64,000 nt of DNA from positions 1,042,303 through 1,106,302 of the forward strand of contig CAVPUF010000003.1 of assembly GCA_963708885.1 (NCBI GenBank). Direction: 5' to 3'. The translations under genes and the position numbers were made by a program. The notes below the pieces were generated by a model, which worked only from the letters and a program-made list of their open reading frames with translations, had not been told where the DNA came from and made no database searches. Shown here in pieces: positions 39,067 through 47,172 of the stretch (position 1 is its first letter; the number at the start of each line of letters is the position of its first letter). Origin of the DNA: an uncultured Actinomycetota bacterium (lineage in GTDB: Bacteria; Actinomycetota; Actinomycetes; Propionibacteriales; Nocardioidaceae).

Positions 39067-40347
39067 GTGACCACGCAACTGCCTGAACGTCTGCGCGCGC
39101 TCGCCGACGAGGCTCCCGAGGTGCTGTACCCCGACGAGATCTGGAACGCCGGCACCCGCCGCCATCGGGTCAGGTTGGTGACGTCCCTGGCCGTCGCCGC
39201 CACTCTCGTGGCGGCGGCCGCGCTGCTCGGGTACGGCGACTGGCAGAGCCGGCGGCCCGATCCCGCCGCGCCGCCGCCGACGAGCACGGGCCGGATGGCC
39301 ATCCCGGACCGGTTCTTCGAGCCGAGCCCATGGCTGTCGAGCACCGGCAGGCCCGGTCGCCTCGTGGCGATCATCTCCGCCACCCGAGCCCACTTTCCCT
39401 GGGGATCGAGCCAGTTCCAGATCGTGGGTGTGGCATCGGGATCGCAGCGATATTCGTTCGTCGACCTTCCCGACCGCGCGCCGGACACCAGCGCTGTGCT
39501 CTCGCCCGACGGGCTCCATCTCGCGTACTGGCTTGCGGCGACTCCGCACGACAACCCGGTCGCGGTGGGGATCCTCGACCTGACCAGCGGTCGCGTGGAG
39601 CGGCACCCGGTCTTCGCCCCGCACCGGCTCTTTCGGACGTCGGTGCTGTGGACCGGCGACTCCACGCTCGCCGTCGAGGCCTACTGGATCCGCCGCAGTC
39701 CGAGTGCCTCGGCACCGGGGGAGATAGGCGACGGAGACGTCGGGTTGACGCTCGGGTCAGGTCGGCTGGTCCCGCTGCCGCGCAATTCTGTTGGGGGTCA
39801 GGGGCCGGCCCAGATCGCGCACGGGTTCGTGACCTGGGTCGAGCGGTCTCTCCAGGAGGTCGACCCGCTCACGGGAGACGAGGTGGCGCGGATCCGTCTG
39901 TCCCACTCGGTCGGCTATGCCCCCGCTGTCAGTGATGACGCCACGCGGGTGGCCGCCCTCCGCGCGTGGCGCCCGCCCGGAAGGCTGGTGGTGGCGCGCG
40001 TGCGGCACGGGCGCGCGGACCTCCGACCGATCCCACGTGGGAGGCGATACCAGCCGGATCTGGCCTGGTCCGACGACCAGCACGTGATCGCGTTCCGAAC
40101 CTCTCGCAACGGGCTGAGTTCCGCCATGATGACGGTGGACGTTCGCACGGGGCGCGAGCGATTCCTGTCGAAGGTGGTCAGCTCGCCCGACTTCGCGGCC
40201 GAGGCCCTTCAACATCCGGTGACGGTGAGGGCGCTCCCTCCACAGCAGCCGTGGAACCCACGGCCGCTGGCGGCTTGGTCCCTCGTCGCCCTGGCACTGC
40301 TCGGGTGGGGCGCCTTCCTCGTGCGGTGGTCGCGTGTCCGACGCTGA
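39067..40347 (+). CDS. sigma-associated membrane protein P2 (paralogue of P1, intact)
   Basis: 426-aa ORF with GGGAGG 7 nt upstream of the GTG. N-terminus LPERLRALADEAPEVLYPDEIWNAGTRRHRVRLVTSLAVAATLV (cytoplasmic tail plus TM), ectodomain with LSPDG-type repeats, C-terminal TM LAAWSLVALALLGWGAFLV. Confidence 0.7.
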   Translation: MTTQLPERLRALADEAPEVLYPDEIWNAGTRRHRVRLVTSLAVAATLVAAAALLGYGDWQSRRPDPAAPPPTSTGRMAIPDRFFEPSPWLSSTGRPGRLVAIISATRAHFPWGSSQFQIVGVASGSQRYSFVDLPDRAPDTSAVLSPDGLHLAYWLAATPHDNPVAVGILDLTSGRVERHPVFAPHRLFRTSVLWTGDSTLAVEAYWIRRSPSASAPGEIGDGDVGLTLGSGRLVPLPRNSVGGQGPAQIAHGFVTWVERSLQEVDPLTGDEVARIRLSHSVGYAPAVSDDATRVAALRAWRPPGRLVVARVRHGRADLRPIPRGRRYQPDLAWSDDQHVIAFRTSRNGLSSAMMTVDVRTGRERFLSKVVSSPDFAAEALQHPVTVRALPPQQPWNPRPLAAWSLVALALLGWGAFLVRWSRVRR

Positions 40348-40835
40348 CGACTTCTCCGAGTTCGTGGTGGCCCGCGGCCGAGCGCTGCTGCGGACGGCGT
40401 ACCTCCTCACCGGCGACCATCAGGAGGCCGAGGACCTCGTCCAGACCGCGCTGATCAAGGCCGTGCCGCGGTGGGGGAGGCTCCGGGAGCCGGAGCCCTA
40501 CGTCCGTCGCATCCTGCTGCCACGAGGCGATCTCCCGGTGGCGACGTGGCCGCTGGAGGGAGACGCCGGTGTCGGAGGTTCGCGACGAGCCGATGCCCGG
40601 CCAGGACGCCGACCAGAAGCTGGTCCTGAGGGAGGCTCTCGCCCGGCTCGCCCCAGGACAGCGCGCGGTGATCGTCCTGCGGTACTTCGACGATCTCACC
40701 GAGGTCCAGACGGCCGACGCGCTCGGCATCTCGGTCGGGACCGTGAAGTCGCAGTCGCCGAGACGCGCTGGCCCGGCTCCGCGCCCTGGTGCCCGACCTC
40801 ACGACACGCCAGTGGTGGCCCCGTCAGCGGACTGA
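40334..40835 (+). pseudogene. second SigE-family sigma factor; broken by +1 shifts near 40518 and 40758
   Basis: Frame 2: VSDADDFSEFVVARGRALLRTAYLLTGDHQEAEDLVQTALIKAVPRWGRLREPEPYVRRIL. Frame 0: HEAISRWRRGRWRETPVSEV...LAPGQRAVIVLRYFDDLTEVQTADALGISVGTVKSQS. Frame 1: RDALARLRALVPDL. The 3' end is uncertain (stop at 40835 in frame 0; frame 1 stays open to about 40946). Confidence 0.65.
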
Positions 40836-40862
40836 CGAGGCCACCCTGGGTGGGAAACGGCG

Positions 40863-41684
40863 TTACTTGACCTCGGCGCGGATCACCCGCCGCAGTCCGA
40901 TCGCCAACGGGATCAGCAGCCAGACGGTGCCGGTGACGGCCAGCTGAGCCCAGTCCGTCGCGGTGAAGCCGGCGTCGTACATCCGGTTCTGGTTGAACGA
41001 GAAGTCCACCCAGGGCTGGGCCTTCTCGAACCAGTGCTGGTTGGCGGCCAGGAGCCCGGTCAGCGTCGGGATCACGAACCAGTAGCTGAAGTAGCCCACG
41101 ATGGCCCCGGCCGAGTTCCGCGTGACCACCCCGAGCATGAACCCCACCAGCATCCCGATCAGGTCGGCCCCGATGATGTAGAGGATCGTCGTCGGGGACA
41201 GGTTCCAGACGGTGTCGATGCCGGCCAGGGTCGAGGCCACGAGGTTCCCGATCGCGCCGACCGTCAGGGCGACCACCATCGAGGCCACGCCGACGCCCAG
41301 GGTGACCGCGAGCTTGGCCCGGATCACCCGGCCACGGTCGGGCACCAGGGTGAACGTCGTCAGCCCGGCGCGCTGGCTCCACTCGCCGGTCACGGACAGG
41401 ATCGCCATGACCGGGAGCAGGATCGTCATCGGGACGCCGACGGCGCCCGCGAAGCTGTTGTAGCTGAGTCCGGCGTCGGACGAGAACAGCACCACGGCTG
41501 CGGTCGCGATCACGCCGGCCGCGACGGTCCCGGCCATCAGCCAGAACCCGGATCGGGTGTCGAACATCTTGCGGAGCTCCACCCCGGCCACGGTGTGGAA
41601 GGGGATCGGTGCGATCTCCTTCCGCGACTCGGTGTCGGCGTGGTGCACCGTCGTAGGGGTGTCGATCACTGCGACGGTGTTCAT
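40863..41684 (-). CDS. ABC-2 type transporter permease
   Basis: 273 codons from MNTVAVIDTP..., six TM segments. ATG overlaps the stop of the upstream ATPase gene (ATGA). Confidence 0.75.
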   Translation of the reverse strand: MNTVAVIDTPTTVHHADTESRKEIAPIPFHTVAGVELRKMFDTRSGFWLMAGTVAAGVIATAAVVLFSSDAGLSYNSFAGAVGVPMTILLPVMAILSVTGEWSQRAGLTTFTLVPDRGRVIRAKLAVTLGVGVASMVVALTVGAIGNLVASTLAGIDTVWNLSPTTILYIIGADLIGMLVGFMLGVVTRNSAGAIVGYFSYWFVIPTLTGLLAANQHWFEKAQPWVDFSFNQNRMYDAGFTATDWAQLAVTGTVWLLIPLAIGLRRVIRAEVK

Positions 41685-42577
41685 GCCGCCACTTCCTCTC
41701 GTGCGTTGTCTGCGGTGAGCTCGAGGAACATCTCCTCGAGCCCGGCCCCGTCTGCGGGACGGAGCTCGGTCAGGGGTACGCCGGCAGCGAGCGCCAGGCG
41801 CCCGACCTGGGCGGCGTCGGCGTCCGTCCGGATCCCACCCAGCGACGGGCGGGCGGTGTGGCCGGCGGTGGTCAGGGCCTCCGCGAGCGTGCTCACGTCG
41901 TCCGCGCCGGCGAACGTGCCCGCGGATGCGAGCAGGTCGCCCTTGGTGCCCGAGGCGACGATCCGGCCGTTCCCGATGACGAGCAGGTCGTCGGCGACGA
42001 CCTCGATCTCGTGCAGCAGGTGCGAGGAGAGCAGCACGGTCCCGCCCTGGTTGGCGAAGTCGCGCAAGAGGTCGCGCATCCAACGGATGCCGGCCGGGTC
42101 GAGACCGTTGGCGGGCTCGTCCAGCACCAGCACCTCGGGGTCACCGATCAGCGCGGTGGCGATGCCGAGGCGCTGCCGCATGCCGAGCGAGTAGTCGCGC
42201 ACCCGACGTCCGGACTCCTCCTCGGTCAGGCTGACGAGGTCGAGCATCTCGTCCACCCGCTCGCGGGGCACCCTCATGGTGCGCTGCGCGATGGTCAGGA
42301 TCTCCCGGCCGGTCCGCCCGGCGTGCTGCGCCGAGGCGTCCAGGAGCACGCCGATCTCGCGGCCCGGGTTGGGCAGGTCGGCGTACCTCCGTCCCAGCAC
42401 GGTCGCGGTCCCCGAGGAGGCCGGTGTCAGCCCCACGAGGATGCGCATGGTGGTCGACTTGCCGGCCCCGTTGGGCCCCAGGAAGCCGGTCACCCGGCCG
42501 GGCTCGGCGCGGAAGGTCACGTGGTCGACGGCGGTGAAGCCGCCGTAGGTCTTGGTCAGTTGGTCAACGAGGATCAT
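41681..42577 (-). CDS. ABC transporter ATP-binding protein
   Basis: Walker A GPNGAGKST, signature YSLGMRQRLG, Walker B VLVLDEP, H-loop SSHLL. Confidence 0.9.
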   Translation of the reverse strand: MILVDQLTKTYGGFTAVDHVTFRAEPGRVTGFLGPNGAGKSTTMRILVGLTPASSGTATVLGRRYADLPNPGREIGVLLDASAQHAGRTGREILTIAQRTMRVPRERVDEMLDLVSLTEEESGRRVRDYSLGMRQRLGIATALIGDPEVLVLDEPANGLDPAGIRWMRDLLRDFANQGGTVLLSSHLLHEIEVVADDLLVIGNGRIVASGTKGDLLASAGTFAGADDVSTLAEALTTAGHTARPSLGGIRTDADAAQVGRLALAAGVPLTELRPADGAGLEEMFLELTADNAREEVAA

Positions 42578-42727
42578 GTGGACGACTGTGCCGCGGTCGT
42601 GCCCCGCTCCACATCGGGGAGCCCGCTGACCCGACACCTGGTGCGACCCCCGGATCCCCTAGGGGCTCGGGGTCGGTGACTCAGGGTGCGACGTACGACG
42701 TCGGGTGGCACGTGGCAGGGTGGTCCC

Positions 42728-43051
42728 ATGCTCGTGGCGATCAGCATCAGTCCCTCCGGCGGCGACGAGACCGGCGGCGTCAGCGCCTCGGTGGCCGAGG
42801 CCGTCCGGGTGATCCGCGACTCGGGGCTGCCCTGCGAGACCAACGCGATGTTCACCAACATCGAGGGGGAGTGGGACGAGGTGATGGCAGTCGTGAAGAA
42901 GGCCGTCCTCACCGTCGCCGAGACCTCCCCGCGGGTCGGGCTGGTCCTCAAGGCCGACCTCCGCGCGGGACACGACACCGGGCAGCTCGAGGGCAAGGTG
43001 GCCCGCGTCGAGCAGCGGCTGGCGCAGCCGGAGCCGTTGCATGAGGAGTGA
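42728..43051 (+). CDS. MTH1187/YkoF-like thiamine-binding family protein
   Basis: MLVAISISPSGGDETGGVSASVAEAVRVIRDSGLPCETNAMFTNIEGEWDEVMAVVKKAV is the typical UPF0045 pattern. Confidence 0.75.
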   Translation: MLVAISISPSGGDETGGVSASVAEAVRVIRDSGLPCETNAMFTNIEGEWDEVMAVVKKAVLTVAETSPRVGLVLKADLRAGHDTGQLEGKVARVEQRLAQPEPLHEE

Positions 43052-43445
43052 GACCATCCGGGTCCGCACCGGCGGCTCGGAGGTGGTGCGCGACATCACC
43101 GGCGAGTGCGCCGACTTCGTGTCGGCGTCCGACGACGGGTTGCTCCACGTGTTCGTGCCGCACGCCACCGCCGGGATCGCGATCCTCGAGACCGGCGCCG
43201 GCTCCGACGACGACCTGCTGGCGGCCCTCGCCGACCTGCTCCCCGCCGACGACCGCTGGCGTCACCGGCACGGCTCGCCGGGGCACGGTCGCTCCCACGT
43301 GATGCCCGCGCTGGTGCCTCCGTACGCGAGCGTGCCGGTGCTCCACGGGCGCCTCGCTCTCGGCACCTGGCAGAGCATCTGCCTGGTCGATCTCAACGTC
43401 GACAACCCGGACCGTGAGGTCCGGCTGTCGTTCCTGGAAGGCTGA
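43041..43445 (+). CDS. YjbQ family (secondary thiamine-phosphate synthase) protein
   Basis: GLLHVFVPHATAGIAILETGAGSDDDL...HGRSHVMPALV...LGTWQSICLVDL motifs. Confidence 0.8.
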   Translation: MRSETIRVRTGGSEVVRDITGECADFVSASDDGLLHVFVPHATAGIAILETGAGSDDDLLAALADLLPADDRWRHRHGSPGHGRSHVMPALVPPYASVPVLHGRLALGTWQSICLVDLNVDNPDREVRLSFLEG

Positions 43446-43449
43446 GCCC

Positions 43450-43914
43450 ATGGTGCCGCGCGAACAGCCCTGGTCCGACGACCGGCCGGAGCACGGCCGC
43501 GTCCTCGTGCTCTCGGCCAACCCGATCTCGGCCGCGATCGACGTGATCGCCACCGCGGTCGGGCGCGAGGTCGTGGTCCTCGCCGAGGACGACGACGGCC
43601 CGGGACTCGCCTCGTTGGGTCCGGAGTCCGGCGACGCGGTCGTCCTGTGCGACCACGACGCCCCCGACGCGGCCGGGTTCCTCCGCGACGCCCTGGCCTC
43701 CCCCGCGTCGTACGTCGCGATGATGGCCAGCCGTCGGCGTGCCGAGGGACTGCTGGCCGACCTGGCCTCCGAGGGCGTCCCCGGCCTCGAGAAGCTCCAT
43801 GTGCCCGCGGGCCACAACCTCGGCGGCAAGGCCCCCGGCGAGATCGCCCTGTCCGTGGTCGCGGAGATCGTGGCCGAGTCCTACGACCGGCCCGGTGGGC
43901 CGATGCGCGGCTGA
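43450..43914 (+). CDS. XdhC-family Rossmann-domain protein
   Basis: 154 codons from ATG 43450: YVAMMASRRRAEGLLADLASEGVPGLEKLHVPAGHNLGGKAPGEIALSVVAEIV is the typical XdhC C-terminal domain. Confidence 0.65.
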   Translation: MVPREQPWSDDRPEHGRVLVLSANPISAAIDVIATAVGREVVVLAEDDDGPGLASLGPESGDAVVLCDHDAPDAAGFLRDALASPASYVAMMASRRRAEGLLADLASEGVPGLEKLHVPAGHNLGGKAPGEIALSVVAEIVAESYDRPGGPMRG

Positions 43915-43917
43915 GCC

Positions 43918-44643
43918 TTGGCCGACCTCTCCTGGCAGGTCGTTCTCCTGATCGGCGTCGTGGCGGCCGTGGGTGCTTTCGTGCAGGCCGTCGTCGGCCT
44001 CGGACTCGCCCTGGTGACCGCACCCGTCGTCGCCCTGGCCGCCCCGTCGCTCGTGCCCACGCTTCCGCTGTGGCTGGCCCTGCTGATCGCGGGCCTGATG
44101 CTGGCCGGGGAGCATGCGCACGTCGACTGGCGCGCGATCGGTTGGTCGCTCCCGGCGCGGGTACCCGGCACCGTGCTGGGTGCCTGGCTGGTCGCCTCGT
44201 TCACCGAGCAGCAGATCGGGGTCGTCCTCGCGGTGATGGTGCTGCTGGCCGTGGCGGTCTCGGTGCACACGGTCGTCGTACCGCTCACGCCGACGAACCT
44301 CGCCGTCGCCGGCTTCGTCGCGGGCGCCTCGGGGACGGCGACCTCGATCGGCGGACCGCCCATCGCCCTGCTCCTCCAGCGCGAGCGGCCCCAGCTCGTC
44401 CGCGCCACCCTGTCGGTGTTCTTCTTCGTCGGGGTGCTGATGAGCCTGACCGCCCTCGAGATCTCGGGATCCCTGGACCGGATGGCGTCCGAGCTCGCCC
44501 TCGCGCTCTCACCGGGCGTCGTGGCCGGCTTCCTGGTCGGCACGGCGTCGCGCAACCGCATCGACCAGGTCACGTTCCGCCGAGGCGTGCTGGTGGTGTG
44601 CACGGTCTCGGCGCTGGCGCTGTTGTTCCGTTCGCTCGGCTAG
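43918..44643 (+). CDS. TauE/SafE family sulfite exporter-like membrane protein
   Basis: 241-aa polytopic ORF (TTG start) with AGFVAGASGTATSIGGPPIALLL. Confidence 0.75.
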   Translation: MADLSWQVVLLIGVVAAVGAFVQAVVGLGLALVTAPVVALAAPSLVPTLPLWLALLIAGLMLAGEHAHVDWRAIGWSLPARVPGTVLGAWLVASFTEQQIGVVLAVMVLLAVAVSVHTVVVPLTPTNLAVAGFVAGASGTATSIGGPPIALLLQRERPQLVRATLSVFFFVGVLMSLTALEISGSLDRMASELALALSPGVVAGFLVGTASRNRIDQVTFRRGVLVVCTVSALALLFRSLG

Positions 44644-44692
44644 CCTCCGTTTTCGCCCTGATCGTCCCGCCCGGGCGGCTACCCTTCGCGGG

Positions 44693-45304
44693 GTGTCCAC
44701 CACCACCGACCGAGGGGCAGACCCGCGGGTCAAGCGGGTCATCCTCGCCGTAGGTGTCCTGGTCCTGGTCGCGGTGATCGGGTTCCAGATCTACCGCCTC
44801 CAGCAGCCGCGGCGGGGCGGTGACCCGCACAACCACATCCCGCAGCTGGCCGCCGTGAAGACCTACGACTACGCCGGCGGCGACCACACCACCGACACCG
44901 TGCACTACGCCCAGACGCCACCGGCCGGCGGCCCGCACGACCCGCAGTGGCAGGACTGCGGCGTCTACACCCGGCAGATCCGCAACGAGAACGCCGTGCA
45001 CGCCCTCGAGCACGGCACCGTCTGGGTCACCTACCGCCCCGGGCTCTCGCAGCGCGACATCCAGTCGCTCGGGACCGCCCTCGGTGCGGTCAAGAGCAAG
45101 AAGACGATCCTCTCGCCGTTCGCCGGGCTGCCGGCGCCGGTCGTGGTCACGGTCTGGAACGCCCAGCTCGACCTCACCGGAGCGCACGACTCCCGGCTGC
45201 CGATCTTCCTGGGCTTCTACGGTGACGGTCACACCGCACCCGAAGCGGCGTTCGCCACCTGCGCCGGCGGGGTCCACCACTACGCGACGGCGAGCAACCC
45301 CTGA
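44693..45304 (+). CDS. DUF3105 domain protein (membrane-anchored)
   Basis: N-terminal TM, then YAQTPPAGGPHDPQWQDCGVYTRQIRNENAVHALEHGTVWVTY. Confidence 0.75.
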   Translation: MSTTTDRGADPRVKRVILAVGVLVLVAVIGFQIYRLQQPRRGGDPHNHIPQLAAVKTYDYAGGDHTTDTVHYAQTPPAGGPHDPQWQDCGVYTRQIRNENAVHALEHGTVWVTYRPGLSQRDIQSLGTALGAVKSKKTILSPFAGLPAPVVVTVWNAQLDLTGAHDSRLPIFLGFYGDGHTAPEAAFATCAGGVHHYATASNP

Positions 45305-45337
45305 CGGGAAGCCCGATCTCCGTCAGGCACCTCCTGA

Positions 45338-46129
45338 TCACTCGGACGGCTTGCGCTCGACCATGAGCTGTCGCTCGGAGTCGACGAACCCGACCGAACG
45401 GTAGACCCGGATGGCGAGGTAGTCAGGGTCGGCCACCATGACCAGCGTGTGGGCCTGGAGCTCGTCGAAGCCGTAACGGCTGACCCGGTGGACGAGGGTC
45501 CCGGCGAGGCCGCGACCCCGGGCCTCCGGGTGGGTCTTCACGTGCTGGAAGCGGGCGAGACCGGGTGAGGCGGTGAAGAGCCCCATCGACGAGAGCAGCT
45601 CGTCGCCCTCGAAGGCGCCCCACCACGCGCCGTACCCCTGCTCGACCAGGCTGCGCTCGGCCGCCGTACGCGCCCTGCAGAAGGCCAGGTCGTAGCCCGG
45701 CCCCTCCTCGCCGACCATGCTCAGCTCGAGCTGTCGCTCCCAGTCGTCGTCGGAGGTCAGGGTGCGGAAGATGGCGTCGGCGTTGGGGCGCGGCGGCTCG
45801 TGCACGGCGGTCGCCGTCATCACCGACATCACCTCGCTGTCCAGCTGGAGGCCCGTGAAGGCTGCGGCATCGTCGATGCTTCCGTCCGTCCCGTCCACCC
45901 CGAACGTGCGGTGCCGCGCTTCGGGGAACTCGCGCTCGAAGTCGTCGAGACGCGCCCGGGCCTCGGCCTCGTCCTCCGGTGCCGTGGCCAGGAGCAGGAA
46001 GTTCCCCCACCAGAACGTCGGGTTGTCCGGAGTGCGCACCACGAGGTGGTCGCCGCGGTCCTCGACCCGGCTGCCCGAGTGCTCCAGCATCGCCAGGTCC
46101 GTGCGGAAGGCCAGGGACGCGATCTCCAT
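45338..46129 (-). CDS. GNAT family N-acetyltransferase
   Basis: 263-aa ORF. C-terminal acetyl-CoA motif VKTHPEARGRGLAGTLV.... Confidence 0.75.
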   Translation of the reverse strand: MEIASLAFRTDLAMLEHSGSRVEDRGDHLVVRTPDNPTFWWGNFLLLATAPEDEAEARARLDDFEREFPEARHRTFGVDGTDGSIDDAAAFTGLQLDSEVMSVMTATAVHEPPRPNADAIFRTLTSDDDWERQLELSMVGEEGPGYDLAFCRARTAAERSLVEQGYGAWWGAFEGDELLSSMGLFTASPGLARFQHVKTHPEARGRGLAGTLVHRVSRYGFDELQAHTLVMVADPDYLAIRVYRSVGFVDSERQLMVERKPSE

Positions 46130-46165
46130 GGCCGCACGCTAACCGCGCGTGACAGCATCGGTCGC

Positions 46166-46756
46166 GTGAGTTTCGAGGTGCGTCCCGAGCAGTCCGCCGA
46201 CCGCGAGTCCGTGCGACGCGTGGTCGCCGCGGCGTTCGGGCACGACGATCCGGCCCGTGGAGACGAGGTCGCCCACATCTGGGAGGCCCTGGGCCACCAT
46301 CGCCGTACCGGTCTCGTCGCCGAGGAGCGCGGCGTCGTCGTCGGCCACGTCGGGCTCAGCGGGGCGTGGGTGGACGCCCGCCGGGAGCTCGTGGAGGTGT
46401 GGGTCCTCAGCCCGCTGTCGGTGCTGCCCGAGCGGCAGCACGGCGGCGTGGGCACCGCGCTGGTGGCAGTGGCGGTCGAGACCGCCCGACACAGCGGCGT
46501 ACCGGCGCTGTTCCTCGAGGGCAGCCCGTCGTTCTACGGAGACCGGGGCTTCGAACGTGCCGACCGGCACGGGTTCCTGCCCGCCGCGCTGGAGCGGACG
46601 CCGCGCGCGGCGTTCCAGGTCGCGGTGTTCGGGGGGCTCGAGCCGTGGATGACGGGACAGCTGATCTACCCCGACGTCTGGTGGGAGCACAGCGCGGCCG
46701 GGCTGCGCGACCCCCTGCTGGCCGAGCTGGAGCAGCGGGCCGCGGAGGCGGATTGA
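46166..46756 (+). CDS. GNAT family N-acetyltransferase
   Basis: VSFEVRPEQSADRESVRRVVAAAFG...LSPLSVLPERQHGGVGTALV...FYGDRGF. GTG 46166 chosen as start. Confidence 0.75.
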   Translation: MSFEVRPEQSADRESVRRVVAAAFGHDDPARGDEVAHIWEALGHHRRTGLVAEERGVVVGHVGLSGAWVDARRELVEVWVLSPLSVLPERQHGGVGTALVAVAVETARHSGVPALFLEGSPSFYGDRGFERADRHGFLPAALERTPRAAFQVAVFGGLEPWMTGQLIYPDVWWEHSAAGLRDPLLAELEQRAAEAD

Positions 46757-46774
46757 CTCGAACACCTGTTCGAG
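46757..46774. promoter_or_regulatory. LexA (SOS) box of the Gram-positive/mycobacterial type
   Basis: CTCGAACACCTGTTCGAG contains TCGAAC-N4-GTTCGA exactly. Starts 1 nt after the GNAT stop and ends 14 nt before ATG 46788. An AGAGAGGA Shine-Dalgarno-like stretch lies in between. Confidence 0.7.
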
Positions 46775-46787
46775 AGAGGATGAGCCC

Positions 46788-47153
46788 ATGCTCGTCGCAC
46801 CTCCCGGATGGCCGCGCGAGGTGCGGCCCCCCGACGCTCCGGACTGGGAGCGCACGGCGTGCAACTGGCTCCTCGACCAGTGCCCGCCCGACTACCGCGC
46901 CTACCCGGCCCTTCGCAAGCACGCCGTCGTGCTCGCCCGGTTCGCGGTCCTCCACATCGAGGCCAACCAGGCCGCCTGCCGTCGCGGCCTGAGCGAGGCG
47001 CGTTCCGGGCTGCGCGAGGTGGCCGATCTCGAGATCGTCGAGGCCGCGATCACCACCTGGTCGGCCGAGGAGGCGCGGCTGCTCGGCGTACGCCGTGGGG
47101 CCGGGCTCGTCGAGGAGGCGCTGCGCGGGCGGCGCTACGTCGCGCGGTTGTGA
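46788..47153 (+). CDS. conserved hypothetical protein, predicted SOS-regulated
   Basis: 121-aa ORF with good coding character, directly downstream of the LexA box. No family recognised. Confidence 0.55.
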   Translation: MLVAPPGWPREVRPPDAPDWERTACNWLLDQCPPDYRAYPALRKHAVVLARFAVLHIEANQAACRRGLSEARSGLREVADLEIVEAAITTWSAEEARLLGVRRGAGLVEEALRGRRYVARL

Positions 47154-47172
47154 CCTGTCGACCACTCCGTGA

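Noticed and set aside
40569-40835. 88-aa ORF called as an independent gene
   Set aside because: It is the region-4 half of the frameshifted second sigma factor, not a separate gene.
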